Positions 1-4,793 of a stretch of DNA of 4,793 nt are shown here, in pieces. The translations under genes were made by a program, and so were the position numbers. The notes under the pieces were generated by a model. That model was not told where the DNA came from. It did not search any database and worked only from the letters and a program-made list of their open reading frames with translations. Each line of letters begins with the position of its first letter. Within the stretch, counting starts at the first letter, position 1. The DNA comes from a virus. Taxonomy: Duplodnaviria; Heunggongvirae; Uroviricota; Caudoviricetes. The stretch is taken from IMG/VR virus record IMGVR_UViG_2541047425_000011, one strand, 5' to 3'.

Positions 1-2015
1 CCGGTCAGCATCGCCGCCATATTCTGTGCAATACCGTCAAAGGTCTGCGTGGCAGCACTTTTAACCTGCGAAAAACTGTCCGTCGCACTTTCCGCCCACT
101 CGCCCCAGCCGGACTTCAGCCCGGCCATCCAGCTTCCACGAAGCTGCTCCTCCGCAGACCTGGTGTTCTTCAGTGCCGATGTGGCCTTCGCCAGCGCAGC
201 CGGATTATCACCGTACACGTCCCGAAGACGCTGCGCTTCAGACTCCCGCTGCGCCTGACGGTCAGTGAGACCGCGGGCTTTTGCGCTGATGGCGGCCTGC
301 TTCGCGCTCTGCTGCTCTTCAAACCGCACCGCCTGCTGTGCCAGCTCATTCAGGCGTTTCTGGTATTCAACCTTGTCGCCCAGCTCAGCCAGCTGGCGTT
401 TGTACTCCAGCGTCTCGTCTTTATGCGCCAGCAGGGATTTTTCCTGCTCAGATAACTGCCGTTTCGTGGCAGCCTCTTTCAGGACCGCATACTGATTTTC
501 CGCTTTCCATAAATCGCGACGCTGCTGGCTGATTTTCTCATTCGCACCGCTGTGTTTTTCCAGCGTCCTGAGCTCGGTTTCAAGCGCCAGCAGGGCAGCA
601 TGCGCCTGGTCTTCCTGACGATCGCCCGCAGACACCTTCACGCCGGACTGTTTCGGCTTTTTCAGCGTCGCTTCATAGTCCTTTTTCGCCGCCGCCATCA
701 GCGTGTTGTAATCTGCCTGCAGGATTTTCCCGTCTTTCAGTGCCTTATTCAGTTCTTCCTGACGGGCGGTATATTTCTCCAGCGGCGTCTGCAGGCGTTC
801 GTAAGCCTTCTGCGCCTCTTCGGTATATTTCAGCCGTGACGCTTCGGTATCGCTCTGTTGCTGCGCATTTTTGTCCTGTTGACTCTGCTGCTCAGCCTTC
901 TTTCGGGCGGCTTCAAGCGCAAGACGGGCCTTTTCACGATCATCCCAGTAACGCGCCCGCGCTTCATCGTTAACAAAATAATCATCCTTGCGCAGATTCC
1001 AGATATCGTCCGCTTTCTTAAACGCGGCCTCTGCCTTAATCAGCATCTCCTGCGCGGTATCAGGACGACCAATATCCAGCACCGCATCCCACATGGATTT
1101 GAATGCCCGTGCTGTCCTGTCTGCCCAGGTTTCCAGCGTGCCCATGTTCTCTTTCAGGCGGCGGGTCTGGTCATCAAACCCTTTCGTCGCGGCCTCGTTC
1201 GCCGCCTGCAATGCCCCGGCTTCTTCGCCGGAACGCTGCAACTGAGCAACATACGCAATCTGCTCCGCCGTCACGTTATGGAACTGGCGCGCCATCGCTG
1301 TCAGCCCCGACGTCGGGTCAGTGGTCAGCTTCCCGAAGGCTTCAGCGACCTTGTCCACCTCCACGCCTGATGCAGAGGAGAAACGCGCCACACTCTGGCT
1401 GATGGACGCAATCTGAGCCTCACCGCTTACCCCCGCCTTAACCAGTGCGCTGAGTGACTCGCTGGTCTGGTTAAACGTCAGCCCTGCCGCCTGCCCGGCT
1501 CTGGACAGGACCAGCATACGATCTGCCGTCAGCCCGGCCTGATTGCCGGAAAGGACCAGCGTTTTGTTGAAATCGGACAGGGTTGAGTTGCCCTGATACC
1601 AGGCATACGCCAGCGCACCGGTCGCCACCGCCAGCGAGGTGGCCCCCACCATCGGCAGGGTGATCGCACCGGCAAGCCCCCGGAACATGGGGATCATCCC
1701 GCCGAAGGAGTCCTTCACCTGCCCCCCCTGTTGCAGCAGGATCAGCCACGGACTTTGCCCACCTGCAAGCTGCGTGGCCACGTCAGTGAACTGCGCAGGC
1801 AGCATACGCATGGCGGCTTTATACTGCCCGACGGAAATTCCCGCTTTCTGTGCAGCCAGCGCCTGCCGGCTCATCGACTGTTCAACGACTGCCGCTGTTT
1901 TTTTCGCATCACTTTCCGTACCGGAAAAATGACGCCTGACTCTGGCCATCTGCTCGTCAAATCTGGCCGCATCCAGACTTAAATCAACGACCAGATCGCC
2001 TACCGGTTCAGCCAT
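1..2015 (-). CDS. H: Tail tape measure protein, lambda H-like; partial, N-terminal ~671 codons, C-terminal part lies beyond position 1
   Basis: ATG at 2015..2013 with a strong AGGAGG Shine-Dalgarno (plus-strand 2024..2029) 8 nt upstream. I hand-translated the minus strand at 2015..1621 (MAEPVGDLVVDLSLDAARFDEQMARVRRHFSGTESDAKKTAAVVEQSMSRQALAAQKAGISVGQYKAAMRMLPAQFTDVATQLAGGQSPWLILLQQGGQVKDSFGGMIPMFRGLAGAITLPMVGATSLAVA), around 1019..963 (KKADDIWNLRKDDYFVNDE), around 539..483 (EKISQQRRDLWKAENQYAV) and at 59..3 (SAATQTFDGIAQNMAAMLTG). All are in the same frame and match lambda gpH. It is absent from the track only because it has no stop inside the window. Confidence 0.9.
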   Translation of the reverse strand, partial: MAEPVGDLVVDLSLDAARFDEQMARVRRHFSGTESDAKKTAAVVEQSMSRQALAAQKAGISVGQYKAAMRMLPAQFTDVATQLAGGQSPWLILLQQGGQVKDSFGGMIPMFRGLAGAITLPMVGATSLAVATGALAYAWYQGNSTLSDFNKTLVLSGNQAGLTADRMLVLSRAGQAAGLTFNQTSESLSALVKAGVSGEAQIASISQSVARFSSASGVEVDKVAEAFGKLTTDPTSGLTAMARQFHNVTAEQIAYVAQLQRSGEEAGALQAANEAATKGFDDQTRRLKENMGTLETWADRTARAFKSMWDAVLDIGRPDTAQEMLIKAEAAFKKADDIWNLRKDDYFVNDEARARYWDDREKARLALEAARKKAEQQSQQDKNAQQQSDTEASRLKYTEEAQKAYERLQTPLEKYTARQEELNKALKDGKILQADYNTLMAAAKKDYEATLKKPKQSGVKVSAGDRQEDQAHAALLALETELRTLEKHSGANEKISQQRRDLWKAENQYAVLKEAATKRQLSEQEKSLLAHKDETLEYKRQLAELGDKVEYQKRLNELAQQAVRFEEQQSAKQAAISAKARGLTDRQAQRESEAQRLRDVYGDNPAALAKATSALKNTRSAEEQLRGSWMAGLKSGWGEWAESATDSFSQVKSAATQTFDGIAQNMAAMLT

Positions 2016-2846
2016 ACCGGACTCCTCCTGCGATCCCTTCTGATACTGTCATCAGCATTACGTCATCCTCCGTCATGTCCGCCACATCCGGGGAAGCGGG
2101 GATAACTTCATTCCCGTCCGGGCCAAAACGAACGCCTCCAGCAAGCCCTGCCGCTTTCTGCATCAGCACATCATCTTCAGGCTCTTCGTCAGCCTCACGC
2201 CGGTTCAGCAGACTGAAATCCAGCGGATGCATATCCGGATCGCTGAAAAACAGGCTGAGCACGGTGTACGTCAGCCCGGAAAAGTGCATATCCAGCAGAA
2301 CATCATGAAAATAATGGGTACTGTAAAAGCGGTGCCAGTCGGCATACTCCGTGGATGACATCCCGGCAAGCATGGCACGCCAGTCGGGTCGCCCCATCTC
2401 GCGCGCCAGTTTCAGGGCAAAACTCAGCTCACCGTCGAACACTTTCCCGCAGAAACAGGCTCTGCAGGCCCGGCGTCCTCTGCCTGTTCAGGGGCATCAT
2501 TCACCACAAACTCATACATACCGGACAGCCGGTACACCACGTTTTCAGCATGAGAAATTGCCTCCGCGGGCCAGGTGGTAAGCACTTCCTGCTCAATCTG
2601 TTTAACGGCTTCATTCATGGACGGCATCTGCGTCTTCTTCGGATGGTTATGCCACAGGGACATCGCCACCACAAAAGCGCCGGTTCTGATGGCGTCTTCC
2701 ACAGTAAACTTCCGGTTGCTGTCTGACTCCGCCTGTTCTGCCTGCCGTTTCATCAGGGCGAGATGCTCAATACGCTGCAGGGCTGACAGTTCAGAAAGCG
2801 TGACGGTCACGCCGTTATGTTCAAATGATTCGGTTTTCAGGAACAT
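2008..2846 (-). CDS. GT: Tail assembly chaperone G-T fusion, made by programmed -1 ribosomal frameshift at 2448..2442 (about 279 aa)
   Basis: The G frame reads GCG GGA AAG (A-G-K, codons 133-135) and ends 5 codons later. The -1 frame reads GGG AAA GTG TTC GAC… and stays open for 144 more codons (VFDGELSFALKLAREMGRPDWRAMLAGM…GIAGGVRYG) to a TGA at 2010..2008. The T frame has no ATG start with a ribosome-binding site of its own; the track's ORF 2008..2442 begins at GTG, which is the codon reached by the frameshift. This is the arrangement established for lambda G/GT. Confidence 0.88.
2024..2029 (-). promoter_or_regulatory. Shine-Dalgarno (AGGAGG) for H, embedded in the 3' end of the T coding region
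   Basis: Minus strand reads AGGAGG-AGTCCGGT-ATG. The 8-nt spacing to the H start codon is within the usual range. Confidence 0.7.
2424..2846 (-). CDS. G: Tail assembly chaperone, lambda G-like (140 aa)
   Basis: 140-aa minus-strand ORF (MFLKTESFEHNGVTVTLSELSALQRIEHLALMKRQAEQAESD…SAGKCSTVS) recognised as lambda gpG. ATG at 2846..2844 with GGAGAA Shine-Dalgarno 6 nt upstream (plus-strand TTCTCC 2854..2859). Stop TGA at 2426..2424. Confidence 0.93.
   Translation of the reverse strand: MFLKTESFEHNGVTVTLSELSALQRIEHLALMKRQAEQAESDSNRKFTVEDAIRTGAFVVAMSLWHNHPKKTQMPSMNEAVKQIEQEVLTTWPAEAISHAENVVYRLSGMYEFVVNDAPEQAEDAGPAEPVSAGKCSTVS
2442..2448 (-). other. -1 programmed ribosomal frameshift slippery heptamer G GGA AAG (plus-strand CTTTCCC)
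   Basis: Heptamer GGGAAAG read directly on the minus strand at 2448..2442, positioned 5 codons before the G stop and at the entry to the open T frame. It matches the X XXY YYZ slippery-site rule and the known lambda G-T site. Confidence 0.88.
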
Positions 2847-2861
2847 CGCTGATTCTCCGGA

Positions 2862-3602
2862 TTAACTGGCGGTGACGTTGATTTCTGCAACCGCAGCAAA
2901 CTCACCATTACCGGATACGACCGGAATGTTGACCTTGCCTGCAGCAACACCTTTCACGGTGATGGTCATACCACTGACCGACACGGTGGCTTTTGTTTTA
3001 TCCGCAGACACCGCACGGAAGCTCTTGTCGGTTGCGCCTTCCGGCTGGAATGCCACGGTCAGCGTCGTGCTCTGCCCTTTCACCACCGAGGTGCTGGCAG
3101 GCGTCACGGTCATGCCGGTTGCCGCTGTTACCGTGCTGCGATCTTCTGCCATCGACGGACGTCCCACGTTGGTGACTTTCACCGTGCGGGTGATCACTTC
3201 CTTCGCCGTCACCGCCTTACCGATACTGCTGACCCAGCCGCGGAACACATCGACCGTGCCGTTCGGGAAGCGGATTTTATAGGCACGGGTATCACCTTCA
3301 TTAAACCACGCCAGCAGCGCCTGCTGCCCCTGCTCTCCGGGCATCCACGCCAGCGTGAAGCTGGTATCTCCAGCGGATTTCTGCCCCTGTCCGGTCGCGG
3401 CCCAGTCCGCATCTTCATCATCGAGATAACTGTCGTCATAGGACTCAGCGGTCAGTTCGCCGGGCGTCAGGTCTTTAACCTTTGCCAGACGCGACCAGTC
3501 ATTGTCTGAAAGCGGGTTTGCATATGGGTCGCCGTTCCCGTTATAAACCCACAGTGTGGTCCCGGCCCCTTTCACCGGTGCCAGAGGATTTGGTGTTGGC
3601 AT
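2862..3602 (-). CDS. V: Major tail tube protein, lambda V-like (246 aa) with C-terminal Ig-like domain
   Basis: Minus-strand ORF recognised as lambda gpV (…[12 protein letters not shown]…DPYANPLSD…[24 protein letters not shown]…). The track begins the ORF at 3632 ([10 protein letters not shown]…), but that start lies inside U. I place the start at the internal ATG 3602..3600, which has a GAGGA Shine-Dalgarno 4 nt upstream (plus-strand TCCTC 3607..3611) and gives the 246-aa length expected for gpV. Stop TAA at 2864..2862. Confidence 0.9.
   Translation of the reverse strand: MPTPNPLAPVKGAGTTLWVYNGNGDPYANPLSDNDWSRLAKVKDLTPGELTAESYDDSYLDDEDADWAATGQGQKSAGDTSFTLAWMPGEQGQQALLAWFNEGDTRAYKIRFPNGTVDVFRGWVSSIGKAVTAKEVITRTVKVTNVGRPSMAEDRSTVTAATGMTVTPASTSVVKGQSTTLTVAFQPEGATDKSFRAVSADKTKATVSVSGMTITVKGVAAGKVNIPVVSGNGEFAAVAEINVTAS
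2865..3134 (-). other. Ig-like (Big_2-type) C-terminal domain of the V tail tube protein, about residues 157-246
   Basis: The C-terminal ~90 residues ([90 protein letters not shown]) have the alternating T/V/S beta-strand pattern of bacterial Ig-like domains. A C-terminal Ig-like domain is established for lambda gpV. Boundaries are approximate. Confidence 0.7.
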
Positions 3603-3609
3603 ATCGTCC

Positions 3610-4005
3610 TCACATTTCATAGGTAATGACATAAGTCAGATCGGCTGAACTCCACAGGCCCGCATCATCGTCGCGCCGGTAGTCATAGCCACTGGCCACC
3701 ATACTGGTGATCAAATCTGATAGTGCCGGGATATCGCTCATCACCGGATAAATCCGGGACTCCATCCACGCATCCAGCTCTGAATCCGGCACCTGAGCAG
3801 GCAGGAAAACTTCGATATGCAGCTCCGCCTGCCAGGTATCGCTGTCCAGCTCTTCGCCCGTGTATTCAGCGCCGGTGAGATAAACGGCAACTGCCGGAAA
3901 ATCCGCCTCATCAAAAACAGCGGGGCGACCATCAAAAAACGTCGCCCCGGTGTCATGCTTCTCCAGTGCATCCAGTACGGCTGCACGGAGTTCAGTATGT
4001 TTCAT
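3610..4005 (-). CDS. U: Tail terminator protein, lambda U-like (131 aa)
   Basis: 131-aa minus-strand ORF ([33 protein letters not shown]...LTYVITYEM) recognised as lambda gpU. Its ATG (4005..4003) overlaps the Z stop in an ATGA arrangement. Stop TGA at 3612..3610. Confidence 0.93.
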   Translation of the reverse strand: MKHTELRAAVLDALEKHDTGATFFDGRPAVFDEADFPAVAVYLTGAEYTGEELDSDTWQAELHIEVFLPAQVPDSELDAWMESRIYPVMSDIPALSDLITSMVASGYDYRRDDDAGLWSSADLTYVITYEM

Positions 4006-4580
4006 CGCTTTATTACCATTCTCAGTTGATGCTGCAGCGCATAGCCCAGCTCTTTCGGAAGACGTTCACGCCGTATCCGCTCAATATTCTGTTTAAACGC
4101 CGTGGTCAGCGGCACCGCCATCGGGATTTTCACCACATCAATGGGGTAACGGTTTTTCCCGGCCACACGCTGCATGACATGCCACCGGCCATTTTTCAGT
4201 TGCTGAATAAACGCGCCGGGAATACGACGGTTTCCCACCACAAGCACGCTGCCGCCACCTTTCAGGGATGAACGCTGCCCCTTTTTACGACGCCTGCGTC
4301 GGGACAGGACAACCCGCGCGTTACCCAGCTTGATTACGGGCAAATCCCCCCGGTTAACCTTGATTCTGGCCTGCGGATTTTTAACCGTGGCCCTTTTCAG
4401 CCTGGCCCTTTCCTTTACCAGTTTCCGGCGTACTCTTGTCTCACGGGCAACCTGTGACGCCGACTGCGATATCGCGGATGAAGCAACGCGGTTAATGGCC
4501 ATTGCTGACGCACCAGGCACCGCCGTTTTGCTGATACGACTGAGGTTTTCAACGGCCTGCTCAAGACCTTTTATGGCCAT
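4002..4580 (-). CDS. Z: Tail completion protein, lambda Z-like (192 aa)
   Basis: 192-aa minus-strand ORF (MAIKGLEQAVENLSRISKTAV...[15 protein letters not shown]) recognised as lambda gpZ. ATG at 4580..4578 is preceded by a G-rich Shine-Dalgarno (GGGGGG, plus-strand 4585..4590 as CCCCCC). Stop TGA at 4004..4002 overlaps the U start. Confidence 0.93.
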   Translation of the reverse strand: MAIKGLEQAVENLSRISKTAVPGASAMAINRVASSAISQSASQVARETRVRRKLVKERARLKRATVKNPQARIKVNRGDLPVIKLGNARVVLSRRRRRKKGQRSSLKGGGSVLVVGNRRIPGAFIQQLKNGRWHVMQRVAGKNRYPIDVVKIPMAVPLTTAFKQNIERIRRERLPKELGYALQHQLRMVIKR

Positions 4581-4591
4581 ACATCCCCCCT

Positions 4592-4793
4592 TCAGCGACG
4601 ACGGTTAACGGCAGGCGGTACGCCCCGCCCAAGCCAGAGATGACAGCTTCCGCCATCATCCGTCGAAATCCGGTCTATCCAGAAGTTTTCCTCACCGATG
4701 GTCAGCGTGTCTCCACGCCGCAGTTGCCGCACATCATCAGTCCGGACAAACAGGGACGGGCTGGAGCCTTCAACACGCACGCCCTGTCCGGCA
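4592..4793 (-). CDS. FII: Head-tail joining protein, lambda FII-like; partial, N-terminal part lies beyond the window end
   Basis: Minus-strand reading frame open from the window edge to a TGA at 4594..4592. The track fragment (MRVEGSSPSLFVRTDDVRQLRRGDTLTIGEENFW...GRGVPPAVNRRR) matches the C-terminal part of lambda gpFII as I recall it. It sits directly upstream of Z, as in lambda. Confidence 0.85.
   Translation of the reverse strand, partial: AGQGVRVEGSSPSLFVRTDDVRQLRRGDTLTIGEENFWIDRISTDDGGSCHLWLGRGVPPAVNRRR

Noticed and set aside
1471-1749. Minus-strand 92-aa ORF (MADPAATGGAGEGLLRRDDPHV…)
   Set aside because: It is on the same strand as H but in a different frame (start coordinate 1749 is 0 mod 3; H codons start at 2 mod 3). 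It is Gly/Arg/Ala-rich nonsense with no homology recognised; an alternative-frame artefact.
49-1932. Many plus-strand ORFs of 64-170 aa across the left 2 kb (for example 858..1370 at 170 aa, 1103..1402, 552..839, 1639..1932)
   Set aside because: All lie entirely antisense to the H reading frame, which is open throughout and matches lambda gpH. Their translations are Arg/Cys/Ser/Pro-rich low-complexity strings typical of out-of-frame reading of GC-rich DNA, and none has a convincing ribosome-binding site.
2400-2442. Possible stimulatory RNA structure downstream of the slippery site
   Set aside because: Reading the minus strand downstream of GGGAAAG, I could not identify a convincing stable hairpin or pseudoknot by eye. 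This needs a folding computation (for example minimum free-energy folding of 2441..2380 on the minus strand) before any claim.
2075-2865. Plus-strand ORFs antisense to G/T (2075..2308, 2351..2581, 2355..2726, 2575..2865)
   Set aside because: Antisense to the G and G-T coding region, with low-complexity Ser/Arg/Cys-rich translations. No support as genes.
2872-3282. Plus-strand 136-aa ORF and 2993..3175 ORF antisense to V
   Set aside because: Antisense to the V gene. The hydrophobic T/V/A-rich translation is the mirror of the Ig-like domain codons, not an independent membrane protein.
3209-3986. Minus-strand out-of-frame ORFs 3209..3439 (76 aa) and 3741..3986 (81 aa), and plus-strand ORFs 3817..4029, 3966..4271, 4330..4608
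   Set aside because: They are nested within or antisense to V, U and Z in the wrong frame, with Arg/Cys/Trp-rich composition and no ribosome-binding sites.
1-4793. Possibility of a novel defence or accessory system (moron, toxin-antitoxin, CRISPR, anti-defence gene) in the window
   Set aside because: The whole window is accounted for by seven contiguous, recognisable tail genes on one strand with overlapping or near-abutting junctions. There are no repeat arrays, no tRNA-like or structured RNA signatures, and no unassigned intergenic gap over 15 nt.

Overview
The whole window is the antisense (minus-strand) image of a lambda-like siphovirus tail-assembly module, in canonical order and tightly packed: FII (partial, head-tail joining), Z (tail completion), U (tail terminator), V (major tail tube), G and the G-T frameshift chaperone, then the N-terminal ~671 codons of H (tape measure), which runs off the window at position 1. 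The translated minus-strand ORFs match the phage lambda proteins as I recall them, near-identically for Z, U, G and the H segments I hand-translated, with a few substitutions in V. This suggests phage lambda or a close lambdoid prophage, probably in an enterobacterial host. Gene junctions are overlapping or under 16 nt, so there is no intergenic space for cargo. I do not see a novel or undescribed system here; the most notable element is the well-known programmed -1 ribosomal frameshift that makes G-T. All plus-strand ORFs in the track are antisense to these genes and are judged spurious.
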